The notes under the pieces were generated by a model. It had not been told where the DNA came from. It was given only the letters and a program-made list of their open reading frames with translations, and made no database searches. Below are positions 1-10,302 of a stretch of 64,000 nucleotides of DNA, piece after piece. The translations under genes were made by a program, and so were the position numbers. Each line of letters begins with the position of its first letter. Within the stretch, counting starts at the first letter, position 1. The stretch comes from an uncultured bacterium (lineage in GTDB: Bacteria > Sysuimicrobiota > Sysuimicrobiia > Sysuimicrobiales > Sysuimicrobiaceae): NCBI GenBank assembly GCA_964437095.1, contig CAYTFH010000015.1, forward strand, positions 851 to 64,850, read 5' to 3'.

Positions 1-1506
1 AACGCCGGGCTGGTGGGCGTTCGGGCCCCGTACTTTGTGTCGTACATCCTTCCCTTCCTCGTGGAGCGCTACGGGGAGGAGGCGGTGTACAGCGGGGGCC
101 TGCAGGTGTACACCACCCTGGACCCCAGGCTCCAGGCCCTCGCCCAGCAGGTGGTCACCCAGGGCGTGGAGGAAGCCAGGCGCGCGGGGCTGCGGGTGAC
201 CCAGGGAGCCCTGGTGGCGGCGGAACCCCGCACCGGCCGCATCCTGGCCATGGTGGGCGGGGTGGACTTCCAGCGCTCCCAGTTCAACCGGGCCTGGCAG
301 GCCCGCCGGCAGCCGGGGTCCGCCTTTAAGCCGTTCATCTATACGGCGGCCCTGGAGCACGGCGTCTCTCCAGACCGGGTCCTCCTGGACGCGCCCGTGG
401 AGTACCGCATCGCGGGCTGGGGGTACTGGCGGCCGAAGAACTACGACGGCACGTACTGGGGCCCGATCCCCCTGCGGGTGGCCCTGGAGCACTCCCGCAA
501 CATCCCTGCCATCCGTATGCTCGCCGAGCTGGGGCCGCAGGCGGTGATCGACACCGCCCGCCGCATGGGCATCCGCAGCCCCTTGCAGCCCAACCTCTCC
601 TTGGCTCTGGGAACGTCCGAGGTGACACCCCTGGAGATGGCCGCGGCCTTCGCCACCCTGGCCGCGGGCGGAGTGTACGCGGAGCCCGTGGCCGTCACCA
701 AGGTGCTGGACGGCAAGGGGAGGGTCCTGGACGAGTTCCACCCCCGGCGCCAGATGGCCCTGCGGCCCGAGGTGGCCTATTTCATGACGGACCTGCTCCG
801 GGGCGTGATCCTGCGCGGCACGGGTCGGGCGGCGGACGTGGGCCGTCCCGCGGCGGGCAAGACGGGCACCACGGACGACTACCGGAACGCGTGGTTCGTG
901 GGCTACACCCCGGAGGTGGCGGTGGCCGTTTGGGTGGGCAACGACGACAACAGCCCCACGAACCGCGTGGTGGGAGGGTCCGTACCGGCCCGGCTGTGGG
1001 CCCGGTTCGTGAAGCGCGCCTTGGCGGGCAGACCCCCTTCGGAGTTTCCGGTTCCCGAAGGCGTGGTCCACCTGCCGGTGTGCGTCAAGTACGCGCCGGA
1101 CGGGACCTGCGAACGCCAAGGGTGGAGGGCCGTGCTCCGGAGCAGCGTACCCTCCCCTTCGCCCACGCCGGAGGCCCGCACCTCCCCGGCCCCCGAGGAC
1201 AGCACCCCCGGGACCACGCCGGTGGTGATCCTGCGGCCTCCCGACGGGGCCGAGGTGACGTCCCCCTTCCTGGTGGAAGGACGCACGAGCCCTGGTGCCC
1301 GGGTGCGGCTTTCGGTGATCATGGAAGGGGGGCCGGCGCCCGTGAAGGTGGTGGACGCGGAGCTCGCTGCGGGACCGGACGGCTCTTTCGGGTACACCGT
1401 GGAGTCCAGCCTGCGCTTTTCCGGTGCCCGGTACCGGGTCACGGTCACCGCCACGGGGCCCGAAGGCCAGACGGCCACGGCGGCGGTCACGGTGCAGGAG
1501 CGCTGA
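1..1506 (+). CDS. class A penicillin-binding protein (PBP1A family), transpeptidase and C-terminal part; 5' end cut by window edge
   Basis: SAFKPF (SxxK) and KTGTT transpeptidase motifs; ORF open to window start. Confidence 0.85.
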   Translation, partial: NAGLVGVRAPYFVSYILPFLVERYGEEAVYSGGLQVYTTLDPRLQALAQQVVTQGVEEARRAGLRVTQGALVAAEPRTGRILAMVGGVDFQRSQFNRAWQARRQPGSAFKPFIYTAALEHGVSPDRVLLDAPVEYRIAGWGYWRPKNYDGTYWGPIPLRVALEHSRNIPAIRMLAELGPQAVIDTARRMGIRSPLQPNLSLALGTSEVTPLEMAAAFATLAAGGVYAEPVAVTKVLDGKGRVLDEFHPRRQMALRPEVAYFMTDLLRGVILRGTGRAADVGRPAAGKTGTTDDYRNAWFVGYTPEVAVAVWVGNDDNSPTNRVVGGSVPARLWARFVKRALAGRPPSEFPVPEGVVHLPVCVKYAPDGTCERQGWRAVLRSSVPSPSPTPEARTSPAPEDSTPGTTPVVILRPPDGAEVTSPFLVEGRTSPGARVRLSVIMEGGPAPVKVVDAELAAGPDGSFGYTVESSLRFSGARYRVTVTATGPEGQTATAAVTVQER

Positions 1507-1534
1507 GCCCCAGGAAGGTTTGGGAGGGAAGGCC

Positions 1535-2281
1535 ATGGCGGGACACTCCAAGTGGCACAACATCCGGATCAAGAAGGAGAAGATGGACAAGGTCCGGGGC
1601 CGGCTGTTCAGCAAGCTGACCCGGGAGATCATCGTGGCCGCGCGGGAGGGCGGGGGCAACCCGGAGACCAACGGGCGGCTGCGCAACGCCATCGACCGGG
1701 CCCGGGACGCGGGGATGCCCAACGACAACATCCAGCGCGCCATCGCCCGCGGCACGGGCGCTGTGGCCGGGGAGCACTACGAGGAGGTGACCTACGAGGG
1801 CTACGGCCCCGGAGGGGTGGCCATCCTGGTGCGGGCCGCCACGGACAACCGCAACCGCACCGCGGCGGAGGTGCGGGCCGTGTTCAACCGCCACGAGGGC
1901 AGCCTGGCGGAAGCCGGCGCGGTGGCGTGGATGTTCGACCTCAAGGGCGTGATCCAGGTGGACCGGTCCAGGGTGTCCGAGGACGAGCTCATGCTTCAGG
2001 CCCTGGAGGCGGGAGCCGAGGACGTGCGGGCCGAGGGCGACACCTACGAGGTCATCACCGCCCCCGAGGATCTCGTCCGCGTGCGGGACACGTTGGCCAA
2101 GGCCGGGATCCCCGTCACCAGCGCGGAGCTCCAGCAGGTGCCTAAGACCACCGTGCCCCTGTCGGGACAGGAAGCGGAACGGGTCCTGAGGCTGCTGGAT
2201 GCCCTGGAGGACTTGGACGACGTCCAGCAGGTGTACGCCAACTTCGACATCCCCGAGGAGATCCTCCAGCGGGTGGGCTGA
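1535..2281 (+). CDS. yebC: YebC/PmpR family DNA-binding transcriptional regulator
   Basis: MAGHSKWHNIRIKK signature; ATG at 1535 preceded by GGGAGGGAAGG RBS. Confidence 0.9.
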   Translation: MAGHSKWHNIRIKKEKMDKVRGRLFSKLTREIIVAAREGGGNPETNGRLRNAIDRARDAGMPNDNIQRAIARGTGAVAGEHYEEVTYEGYGPGGVAILVRAATDNRNRTAAEVRAVFNRHEGSLAEAGAVAWMFDLKGVIQVDRSRVSEDELMLQALEAGAEDVRAEGDTYEVITAPEDLVRVRDTLAKAGIPVTSAELQQVPKTTVPLSGQEAERVLRLLDALEDLDDVQQVYANFDIPEEILQRVG

Positions 2282-2346
2282 CGGATTCCGAGGCACGGCC
2301 CGCCCAGCAGGCATCCGCGCGGGCCGCGGAGAATCCCTGTTCGACC

Positions 2347-2844
2347 GTGGTGGCCGTGGGTTTGGACCCAGGGTGGACGCAGACGGGCTACGCCGTGCTG
2401 GTGGGCTCCCGCGCAGGGCTGGTGGTGCGCGAGGTGGGGGTCCTGCGGGCGACCCAGCCGGACGTGCCCGGGCGGCTGTGCGAGCTGTACCGGGAGGCGG
2501 CGGCCCTGCTGCGGGAGTGCGGGCCTGACGTGGTGGTGCTGGAGGATCTCTTCAGCCACCCGCAGCACCCGGCCACCGCGGTCCGCCTGGGCCACGTGCG
2601 CGGGGTCCTGTGCCTGGCCGCGGCCCAGGCGGGCGCGCGGGTGGAGTCCCTGGCGCCCGCGGAGGTCAAGCGGGCCATCTGCGGGAACGGCCGGGCTCCC
2701 AAGCTCCAGGTACAGGCGGCAGTGCGGGCATCCCTGGGTCTGCGGTCCGACCTGGATACCCACGCCGCGGACGCCGTAGCCCTGGCGGCCACGGCTCTCG
2801 TGCGGGCGGGGCTCCCGCTGAAAGGGCCGGTGGCCGCCCGGTGA
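2347..2844 (+). CDS. ruvC: Holliday junction resolvase RuvC
   Basis: VGLDPGWTQTGYAVL RNaseH-like N-terminus, ~165 aa. Confidence 0.85.
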   Translation: MVAVGLDPGWTQTGYAVLVGSRAGLVVREVGVLRATQPDVPGRLCELYREAAALLRECGPDVVVLEDLFSHPQHPATAVRLGHVRGVLCLAAAQAGARVESLAPAEVKRAICGNGRAPKLQVQAAVRASLGLRSDLDTHAADAVALAATALVRAGLPLKGPVAAR

Positions 2845-3473
2845 TCGCGTACCTGCGGGGCCGCGTGGTGCAGCGCGGGGAGGGAAGCCTGGTGGTGGAG
2901 TGCGGGGGCGTGGGCTACGAGGTGGCCCTGCCCGCGTACCTCGCCGCCCAGTGGAGCCCGCAGGAAGGGGAGACGGTGGAGCTGCACGTGTCGTACCAGG
3001 CCAGCGCCAACCACCCCAAGCCCCTTCTGGTGGGCTTCCTCCGGCGGGCCGAGCAGGAGTTCTTCGAGCGGTTCATCACCGTGGACGGTATGGGACCCAC
3101 CCGGGCCGTGCGGGCCATGGCCCGGCCCGTGCACGAGATCGCGGACGCCATCGAGCGCAGGGACGTGAACTTCCTCAAGCGGCTGCCGGGGTTGGGCGAG
3201 CGCACCGCCCAGAAGGTCGTCGCCGCCCTGCACGGCAAGGTGGCCAAGTACGCCCTGCTGCGGGAGGGGCCGCCCGCACCGGCTCCCGCGGTGGACTTCC
3301 GAGAGGAGGTCCTGGAGGTCCTCACCCGCCAGCTGGGCCACCGCCCTGCGGAGGCCAGGCGTATGGTGGAGGAGGCCCTGCGCCGCAACCCCCACGTGGG
3401 CAGCGCGGAGGAGCTGTTCCAGGAGGTGTACCGGGTGCAGCGGAAGAACGTGGGTGAGGAGGAAGCTCCATGA
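2841..3473 (+). CDS. ruvA: Holliday junction branch migration protein RuvA
   Basis: VIAYLRGRV...[10 protein letters not shown]; GTG start overlapping ruvC stop (GTGA). Confidence 0.85.
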   Translation: MIAYLRGRVVQRGEGSLVVECGGVGYEVALPAYLAAQWSPQEGETVELHVSYQASANHPKPLLVGFLRRAEQEFFERFITVDGMGPTRAVRAMARPVHEIADAIERRDVNFLKRLPGLGERTAQKVVAALHGKVAKYALLREGPPAPAPAVDFREEVLEVLTRQLGHRPAEARRMVEEALRRNPHVGSAEELFQEVYRVQRKNVGEEEAP

Positions 3474-4498
3474 GCCGGCAGCCGTTCCGCACCGCCCAGG
3501 TGCCACCGGAGGAGGCCAGCCTGCTGCGCCAGCTTCGGCCGCGCAGCCTCGAGGAGTGCGTGGGCCAGACCAAGGTGCGGGAGGGGCTGCGCATCGCCAT
3601 CCAGGCCGCGCGGGCCCGGGGCGAACCCCTGGACCACGTCCTGCTGCACGGGCCGCCGGGCCTGGGCAAGACCACCCTGGCCAACGTGGTGGCGGCGGAG
3701 ATGGGCACCAACCTGGTCCACACCTCCGGGCCCGCCCTGGAGCGGGGCGGGGATCTCATGGGCATCCTCACCAACCTGGAGTACGGGGACGTCCTGTTCG
3801 TGGACGAGATCCACCGCCTGCCCCGCGCGGTGGAGGAGTTCCTGTACCCGGCCATGGAGGACTTCTGCGTGCACTTCGTCCTGGACCGGGGCGTGCACGC
3901 CCGCACCCTGCGGTACACCCTGAAGCCCTTCACCCTCATCGGCGCCACCACCCGGGCGGGCCTGCTCACCTCGCCCCTAAGGGAGCGGTTCGGGTTGTTC
4001 TACCACCTGGACTTCTACTCGGAGGACGAGCTGGTGCAGGTGGTGCGCCGCTCCGCGGGCATCCTCGGTGTCCCCATCACCGAGGACGGCGCCCGGGAGA
4101 TCGCCCGCCGGTCTCGCGGCACCCCTCGGGTGGCCAACCGGCTGCTCCGCCGGGTGCGGGACTACGCCCAGGTCCGGTGCGACGGACGGGTCACCGCGGA
4201 GGTCGCCCGGGAGGCCCTGGAGTTCGAGGGCGTGGACGAGGCTGGGTTGGACGCCTTCGACCGGGAACTGCTGCGGGTGATCGCGGAGGTGTACGGGGGC
4301 GGGCCCGTGGGCGTGGAAGCCCTGGCGGCCACCCTGAACGAGGAGGCGGACACCCTGGTGGAGGTGGTGGAACCCTACCTCCTGAAGATCGGCTTCCTCA
4401 CCCGGACCCCTGCGGGCCGGCGCATCACCCCTGCGGCGTACGCCCACCTGGGGCTGCGGCCTCCCGGCGACGGCCGAACTCAAGGTACCCTCTTCTGA
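3470..4498 (+). CDS. ruvB: Holliday junction helicase RuvB
   Basis: [12 protein letters not shown] Walker A and RuvB-specific N-terminus; ATGA overlap with ruvA. Confidence 0.95.
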   Translation: MSRQPFRTAQVPPEEASLLRQLRPRSLEECVGQTKVREGLRIAIQAARARGEPLDHVLLHGPPGLGKTTLANVVAAEMGTNLVHTSGPALERGGDLMGILTNLEYGDVLFVDEIHRLPRAVEEFLYPAMEDFCVHFVLDRGVHARTLRYTLKPFTLIGATTRAGLLTSPLRERFGLFYHLDFYSEDELVQVVRRSAGILGVPITEDGAREIARRSRGTPRVANRLLRRVRDYAQVRCDGRVTAEVAREALEFEGVDEAGLDAFDRELLRVIAEVYGGGPVGVEALAATLNEEADTLVEVVEPYLLKIGFLTRTPAGRRITPAAYAHLGLRPPGDGRTQGTLF

Positions 4499-4536
4499 GA
4501 GGCCGATCGAGGCAACACCTCTAGCAGGAGGGCGCC

Positions 4537-4755
4537 ATGACCGAGCTGGGTCGGATGCTGGTGGCGTTCGGCGTGGTCCTGGTGCTGGTGGGCCTGTTCC
4601 TCTTGCTGGTCCCCCGGGTCAGCCTGCCGCGCCTGCCCGGGGACATCCTCATCCAGCGGGACGGCTTCACCTTCTACTTCCCCGTGGTGACCAGCATCGT
4701 CGTCAGCGTGGTCCTGACCTTGCTCCTCAACGTCCTGTGGTGGGCAAGGCGGTGA
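4537..4755 (+). CDS. small membrane protein, DUF2905-like
   Basis: 72 aa, two hydrophobic helices, follows ruvB as in many Firmicutes. Confidence 0.6.
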   Translation: MTELGRMLVAFGVVLVLVGLFLLLVPRVSLPRLPGDILIQRDGFTFYFPVVTSIVVSVVLTLLLNVLWWARR

Positions 4756-5876
4756 GGTTCTTCCTGGCCCTGGGGGCTGTGGTCCTGGCGGTAGCCTCCG
4801 GCCCTGCCGCGGGCCAGCGAGTGCAGCTGGTCCGGGTGGGGTTATTGGTGGGTCGACCGGAGGTGACCCTGAGCGCGGACGTGCCCCTGCGGGTCCTGGA
4901 CGCGCAGCTGGGCCGTCAGGACCAGCTAGCCGTGGGTGCTTGGACGTTCCGCGCCGGACCCGGCGGCATCGAGATCCCGGGAGTGGTGCGGTACGGCACG
5001 GTTGTCCGGGTGTCCGCGGAAGCCGACCAGCCGGTGCGGGTGGAAGAGAAGCTGCGGGCCTACCGAGGGGTGGTCGAACTGCGCCGCACCGAGGCGGGCT
5101 TGACGGTGGTGAACGAGCTGGACCTGGAAGCGTACCTGTACGGGGTCCTCAAGCTGGAGATCAACCCGGCCTGGCCCGTGGAGGCGGTGAAGGCGCAGGC
5201 GGTGGCGGCCAGGACCCTGACGGTGGCCAGCCTCGGTCGGTTCGCCCGGGAAGGCTACGACGTCCGGGACACCACGGACTCCCAGGTGTACGGAGGGGCC
5301 ACCTTCGAGGACCCCAGGGCCACCGCGGCGGTGGACGCCACCCGGGGCCTGGTCATGCTGTACGCGGGCCAGCCCATCCTGGCCGTCTACCACGCGGACT
5401 CCGGGGGCAGGACGGAGTCCAGCGAGTACGTGTGGGGGCGTGCGTACCCGTACCTGCGGGGGGTGGAAGACCCCTACGTGTCCGGCTCTCCGTACGAGCG
5501 GTGGACTCTGGCCGTCCCGCTGACGCAGCTGGAGGAAACCCTCCGCAGGGCCGGCCTACCCGCTCGTGAGGTGAGGGCGGTGGAGGTGGCAGAGGCGAGC
5601 GAGTCCGGCAGGGCCCTGCGGGTGCGCTTTGCGGGTCCGGGAGGGAGCTGGGAGCTTTCCGGACACCGGCTGCGGATGCTGTTGGGGCCCGAGGTGCTCC
5701 GCAGCACGCTGTTCACCGTGCGGGTGGAGGGCACCACCGCGGTGTTCGAGGGCAGGGGCTGGGGTCACGGGGTGGGCATGTCCCAGTGGGGCGCCCGCGG
5801 AATGGCCCAGCGGGGCTGGGACTTCACCCGCATCCTGCAGCACTACTACGGGGGGGTCCAGGTAGCCCCAAGGTAG
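4737..5876 (+). CDS. SpoIID/LytB domain protein (peptidoglycan remodelling)
   Basis: N-terminal signal peptide; YHADSGGRTES SpoIID motif. Confidence 0.8.
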   Translation: MVGKAVRFFLALGAVVLAVASGPAAGQRVQLVRVGLLVGRPEVTLSADVPLRVLDAQLGRQDQLAVGAWTFRAGPGGIEIPGVVRYGTVVRVSAEADQPVRVEEKLRAYRGVVELRRTEAGLTVVNELDLEAYLYGVLKLEINPAWPVEAVKAQAVAARTLTVASLGRFAREGYDVRDTTDSQVYGGATFEDPRATAAVDATRGLVMLYAGQPILAVYHADSGGRTESSEYVWGRAYPYLRGVEDPYVSGSPYERWTLAVPLTQLEETLRRAGLPAREVRAVEVAEASESGRALRVRFAGPGGSWELSGHRLRMLLGPEVLRSTLFTVRVEGTTAVFEGRGWGHGVGMSQWGARGMAQRGWDFTRILQHYYGGVQVAPR

Positions 5877-5880
5877 AGGG

Positions 5881-6396
5881 CTACGCCTCCGCGCGGACCC
5901 AGCCTCGGGTTGTGGGGTCCCACTCGTCCAGGGGGCGGCCCATGTAGTCGCGGCCCTCCACCTTGTAGCCCGCGGCCTCCAGCCGTCGCTTGGCCTCCTT
6001 CCAGTACCGGTAGTCCACCTGCCACGCTCCCCGGCGGAGCGGGTTGGGGTAGGCGCCCAGCCCTCCCAGCAGCTTGCGCAGGTTGGCCTCTTCTGAAGGT
6101 TCCGCCCGGATCTCCACGGCCTGGTTGATGGTCCCGAGCGCCACGAGGTTGGGGTTGGACAGAGGCGCCAAGGGGCTCGCGCCGGGGTTGTGGGAGGCCA
6201 CGGGCACGGGGACGTTGGGAACCTGCGCCGCGGGCTTTGCCTCTGCGGCCTTGCCGGCTGCCCCCGCCTGCACTGCCCCACCGCCTTCGGCCTTCTTGGC
6301 GGCCCACCGGGCCTTGGCCTCCTCGATGAGGCGCTTGCGCTCCGCTTCCTTCTGCGGGTCCTGCGCCGCTGCCCGCCGGGGACGTTCCTCCGCCAC
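5881..6396 (-). CDS. hypothetical protein with Lys/Ala-rich N-terminus; only minus-strand gene in the window
   Basis: GTG start preceded on minus strand by GGGAGG 7 nt upstream; genome-typical codon usage; not R/P/G-rich like the antisense artefacts. Confidence 0.55.
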   Translation of the reverse strand: MAEERPRRAAAQDPQKEAERKRLIEEAKARWAAKKAEGGGAVQAGAAGKAAEAKPAAQVPNVPVPVASHNPGASPLAPLSNPNLVALGTINQAVEIRAEPSEEANLRKLLGGLGAYPNPLRRGAWQVDYRYWKEAKRRLEAAGYKVEGRDYMGRPLDEWDPTTRGWVRAEA

Positions 6397-6572
6397 CGCT
6401 CGCCTCCCGCTTCCGGTTGGGTCTAACCCGCATTATACGGCACCACCAGTGCCCTGCCGGCCGGGCCGGCCCGCCGTGCTATACTGCACCCGGCCTCCCC
6501 GCGGCGTCCGTGGCCCGGGGCACCCGGGGGAAGTGCGCGAGCGGGGGGCCGACCACGGGCGAAGGAGGCACC

Positions 6573-6911
6573 ATGATCTTCTTGCAGGCCCAGGGTGCCC
6601 AGGGGCAGACGACCCTAGTCCCCACTCTGATCGTGTGGGCGCTGTTGCTGGTGATGTTCTACGTCCTCCTCATCCGGCCCCAGCAGCAGCAGCAGAAGCG
6701 CCGCAAGGAGATGCTGAGCAAGCTGCGGAAGGGCGACCGGGTGGTGACCGTAGGCGGGCTGCACGCCACCATCACGGACGTCCAGGACGACATGCTGACC
6801 CTGGAGCTCGCGCCCAACGTGCGCGTGCGGGCGGACCGCGCGGCCGTGGCGTCCGTGCGCAGCCGGCGTGCGGAGGGGGAGGCCAAGGAAGCCAAGGCGA
6901 AGTCGGGCTAG
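6573..6911 (+). CDS. yajC: preprotein translocase subunit YajC
   Basis: TM helix then KGDRVVTVGGLHATI motif; GAAGGAGG RBS before ATG 6573. Confidence 0.85.
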   Translation: MIFLQAQGAQGQTTLVPTLIVWALLLVMFYVLLIRPQQQQQKRRKEMLSKLRKGDRVVTVGGLHATITDVQDDMLTLELAPNVRVRADRAAVASVRSRRAEGEAKEAKAKSG

Positions 6912-7013
6912 CAGCGGGGGTGGTGAGGATGGCCACGCAACGGGGCCGGACGCGGTGGCCGGGGTCCCCGAACGCGGCGGGAGCGGTGCTTCGGGCGGTG
7001 TAGGGGGTGCGGG

Positions 7014-8279
7014 ATGTCGGTGGTGCTGGAGGCGGAGCGGGAGAACCCCTTTGAGAGCGTGTGCCGGTGGATCGACCGCGCGTCCTCCATCCTCGGGTAC
7101 GACGAGTCCACGAGCAAGCCCCTCAAGCACCCGCGCCGGTGCATCATCGTGTCCCTGCCCGTGGAGATGGACGACGGCCGGGTGGAGGTGTTCACCGGCT
7201 ACCGGGTGCAGTACGACACCGCCCGTGGGCCGTGCAAGGGCGGGCTGCGCTACCACCCCAAGGTGAACCTGGACGAGATGAAGGCCCTGGCGGCCTGGAT
7301 GTCCCTGAAGTGCGCGGTGGTGGACGTGCCCTTCGGCGGGGGCAACGGCGGAGTGGCCTGCGACCCCGCGCGGCTGTCCCAGCGGGAGCTGGAGCGCATC
7401 ACCCGGCGGTACGTGGCGGAGATCTTCGACATCATCGGGCCCGACAAGGACATCCCCGCCCCCGACGTGGGCACCAACACCCAGGTCATGGCGTGGGTCA
7501 TGGACACCATCTCCATGAAGCGGGGCTACCTGGAGCCCGGCACCGTGACGGGCAAGCCCGTGGCCCTGGGAGGGTCCCGAGGCCGGGAGGAGGCCACGGG
7601 GCGCGGGATCCTGGTGGTGGCCGGGGAGGCCTTCGCCCACCTGGGCATCCCCTTGGAGGGGGCGCGGGTGGCCGTCCAGGGGTTCGGCCACGTGGGCTAC
7701 CACGCGGCGCGGCTCCTCCACGACGCGGGCGCCCGGGTGGTGGCGGTGAGCGACGCCCACGGGGCGGTCTACCACCCCGAGGGCTTGGTGCCCCGGGCGG
7801 TGCGGGAGCACCGGGACCGCACGGGCAGCGTGGTGGGCTTCCCCGGCGCGCAGACCATCACCAACGCGGAACTGTTGGAGCTAGACTGCGACCTCCTGGT
7901 GCCCGCGGCCATCGAGAACCAGATCACCCGCCACAACGCCGCCGCGGTCAAGGCCAAGGTGGTGGTGGAGGGCGCCAACGGCCCCACCACTCCCCAGGCG
8001 GACGAGATCCTGCGCCAGCGGGGGGTGTTCGTGGTCCCGGACATCCTGGCGAACGCGGGCGGGGTGGTGGTGAGCTACTTCGAGTGGGTCCAGGACCGCT
8101 ACGGCTACTTCTGGCGGGAGGACCAGGTGCGCACGCGCCTGGAGGGGAAGATGCGCCAAGCCTTCCACGACGTGCTGGAGCTGTCCACGCAGCTGGGCGT
8201 GGACCTGCGCACGGGCGCGTACTGCCTGGGCGTCCAGCGGATCGTGGAGGCGCGGCGGCTGCGGGGGCTGTATGCCTGA
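7014..8279 (+). CDS. gdhA: Glu/Leu/Phe/Val dehydrogenase family, likely glutamate dehydrogenase
   Basis: KGGLRYHP...DVPFGGGNGG catalytic region and GFGHVG Rossmann motif. Confidence 0.85.
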   Translation: MSVVLEAERENPFESVCRWIDRASSILGYDESTSKPLKHPRRCIIVSLPVEMDDGRVEVFTGYRVQYDTARGPCKGGLRYHPKVNLDEMKALAAWMSLKCAVVDVPFGGGNGGVACDPARLSQRELERITRRYVAEIFDIIGPDKDIPAPDVGTNTQVMAWVMDTISMKRGYLEPGTVTGKPVALGGSRGREEATGRGILVVAGEAFAHLGIPLEGARVAVQGFGHVGYHAARLLHDAGARVVAVSDAHGAVYHPEGLVPRAVREHRDRTGSVVGFPGAQTITNAELLELDCDLLVPAAIENQITRHNAAAVKAKVVVEGANGPTTPQADEILRQRGVFVVPDILANAGGVVVSYFEWVQDRYGYFWREDQVRTRLEGKMRQAFHDVLELSTQLGVDLRTGAYCLGVQRIVEARRLRGLYA

Positions 8280-8964
8280 GGAGACCTCCGCCCTGGTCCC
8301 CACCCGGGTCACCGTGGAGGTGGTCCGCCACGACCCCGAGGTGGTGGCGTACGTGGAGCGGGCCAACGAGTCCTTGGGCGTGCTGGGCTACACCGAGCAC
8401 GGGGTCCGGCACGCTTCCCTGACCAGCCGCATCGCGTACAACATCCTCCGCCGGCTGGGCTACCCGGAACGGGACTGCGAGCTGGCGGCCATCGCGGCCT
8501 ACCTGCACGACATCGGTAACCTCGTCAGCCGGCTGAACCACGAGCACACGGGGGCCCTCCTGGCCGGGGCCATCCTCCAGCGCCTGGGCATGGACCCCGC
8601 GGAGCGGGCGGTGGTGATGAGCGCCATCGGCAACCACGAGGAGTCCCACGGGCAGCCCGTGAGCGCGGTGGGAGCCGCGGTGATCTTGGCGGACAAGTCC
8701 GACGTCCACCGCAGCCGGGTCCGCAACCCCGACCCCGCCACCTTCGACATCCACGACCGGGTGAACTTCGCCGTGGAGCACTCCTTCCTCCGGGTGGACG
8801 AGCGGGCCCGGGAGATCACCCTGGAGCTCACCATCAATACGGAGAAGGCACCGGTGATGGAGTACTTCGAGATCTTCCTGTCCCGCATGGTCATGTGCCG
8901 CCGGGCTGCGGAGCACCTGGGCTGCGCCTTCAAGCTGCAGATCAACGGGGTGCGGTTCCTGTAA
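8272..8964 (+). CDS. HD-domain phosphohydrolase
   Basis: H...HDIG metal-binding motif (AAYLHDIGN); 8-nt overlap with gdh. Confidence 0.7.
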   Translation: MPEETSALVPTRVTVEVVRHDPEVVAYVERANESLGVLGYTEHGVRHASLTSRIAYNILRRLGYPERDCELAAIAAYLHDIGNLVSRLNHEHTGALLAGAILQRLGMDPAERAVVMSAIGNHEESHGQPVSAVGAAVILADKSDVHRSRVRNPDPATFDIHDRVNFAVEHSFLRVDERAREITLELTINTEKAPVMEYFEIFLSRMVMCRRAAEHLGCAFKLQINGVRFL

Positions 8965-9015
8965 GCGCGGTTTGACGGGGCCGGACCAGGGGGCTATCCT
9001 CGACCCGGAGCCGCC

Positions 9016-10302
9016 ATGGACATCCTCTGCGTGGGCACCAGCCACCGCACCGCGCCGGTGCAGGTTCGCGAGCGGGTCGCCTTTCTGGCGGGCCGCGTGG
9101 GGGCGGCGTCCGCCCTGCTCCGGGCCCGGGACGGGCTGCACGAGGCCGTCCTGCTGTCCACCTGCAACCGCACCGAGGCGTACGTGGTGGCCTCCGACCC
9201 ATCCGCGGGCGCACGGTCGGTGTTGGAGTTCTGGTGCGACTACCACGGGCTGGACGGCGCGGAGGTGGAGCCGTACGTGTACAACCTGTCGGGTACGGAC
9301 GCGGTCCGGCACCTGTTCCGGGTGGCCGCGGGGTTGGACTCCATGATGGTAGGCGAGCCCCAGATCCTCGGACAGGTGCGGGAGGCCTTCAGCGCAGCCC
9401 GCAGCGCCCACGCCACGGGCCCCCTCCTGGACGCCCTGTTCCGCCACGCCATCGCCACGGGCCGGAGGGTCCGGCAGCGCACGGGCATCGAGCGCGGTTC
9501 CCTTTCGGTGCCCGCGGCCGCGGTGACCCTAGCCCGCCAGCTCCTGGGCGGTCTCGCGGGCCGCCGGGTGCTGGTCCTGGGCGCGGGCGAGATGGCCGAG
9601 CTCACCGTCCGTCACCTCGTGGAGGCGGGCTGCGGGACGGTGGTGGTCTGTAACCGCACCCTGGAGCACGCCCGCCCCCTGGCGCAGCGGCTGGGCGGGG
9701 TGGCCGTGCGGTTCGACGAGCTGTCCGCCTCCCTGCGGGAAGCGGACATCCTGGTGACCTCCACCGCGGCCCCCCACCCCGTGGTGGAGCCGGAGCTGGT
9801 GGCGCCCGCGGTGGCGGGGCGGCGGGAGCCGTTGGTGATCGTGGACATCGCGGTGCCCCGGGACGTGCACCCGGCGGTGGGCGAGCTGCCGGGGGTACGG
9901 CTGTTCAACGTGGACGACCTGGAGGCCGTGAGCCAGGCCACACGCCAGGCGCGCCAGGCCGAGATCGCGCAGGCGGAGGCCATCGTGGCGGAGGAGACCG
10001 AGCGGTTCTCCGCTTGGCTGCGCTCCCTGAGGGTGGTCCCCCTCATCACCGCCCTCCGCTCTCGGGCGGAGGCGGTGGTGGAGGAAGAGTGGCGGCGGGC
10101 CCTGCCGCGCCTGCGCCACCTCCCGCAGGAGGACCAGGAGGTGGTGCGGGCTGTGCTGCAGGCCGTGGTGAACCGGCTCTTGCACGGCCCCATCGTGCGC
10201 CTCAAGGAGATCGCACGGCGCGAGGAGGCGGTGTACGTGGAGGCCGCCCGCTCCCTGCTCGGCGTGGACGAGGCGGCCGCGGAGTCCGAAGCCGGCCGTT
10301 GA
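9016..10302 (+). CDS. hemA: glutamyl-tRNA reductase
   Basis: LSTCNRTEAYV active-site Cys motif, NAD-binding GAGEMA. Confidence 0.9.
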   Translation: MDILCVGTSHRTAPVQVRERVAFLAGRVGAASALLRARDGLHEAVLLSTCNRTEAYVVASDPSAGARSVLEFWCDYHGLDGAEVEPYVYNLSGTDAVRHLFRVAAGLDSMMVGEPQILGQVREAFSAARSAHATGPLLDALFRHAIATGRRVRQRTGIERGSLSVPAAAVTLARQLLGGLAGRRVLVLGAGEMAELTVRHLVEAGCGTVVVCNRTLEHARPLAQRLGGVAVRFDELSASLREADILVTSTAAPHPVVEPELVAPAVAGRREPLVIVDIAVPRDVHPAVGELPGVRLFNVDDLEAVSQATRQARQAEIAQAEAIVAEETERFSAWLRSLRVVPLITALRSRAEAVVEEEWRRALPRLRHLPQEDQEVVRAVLQAVVNRLLHGPIVRLKEIARREEAVYVEAARSLLGVDEAAAESEAGR

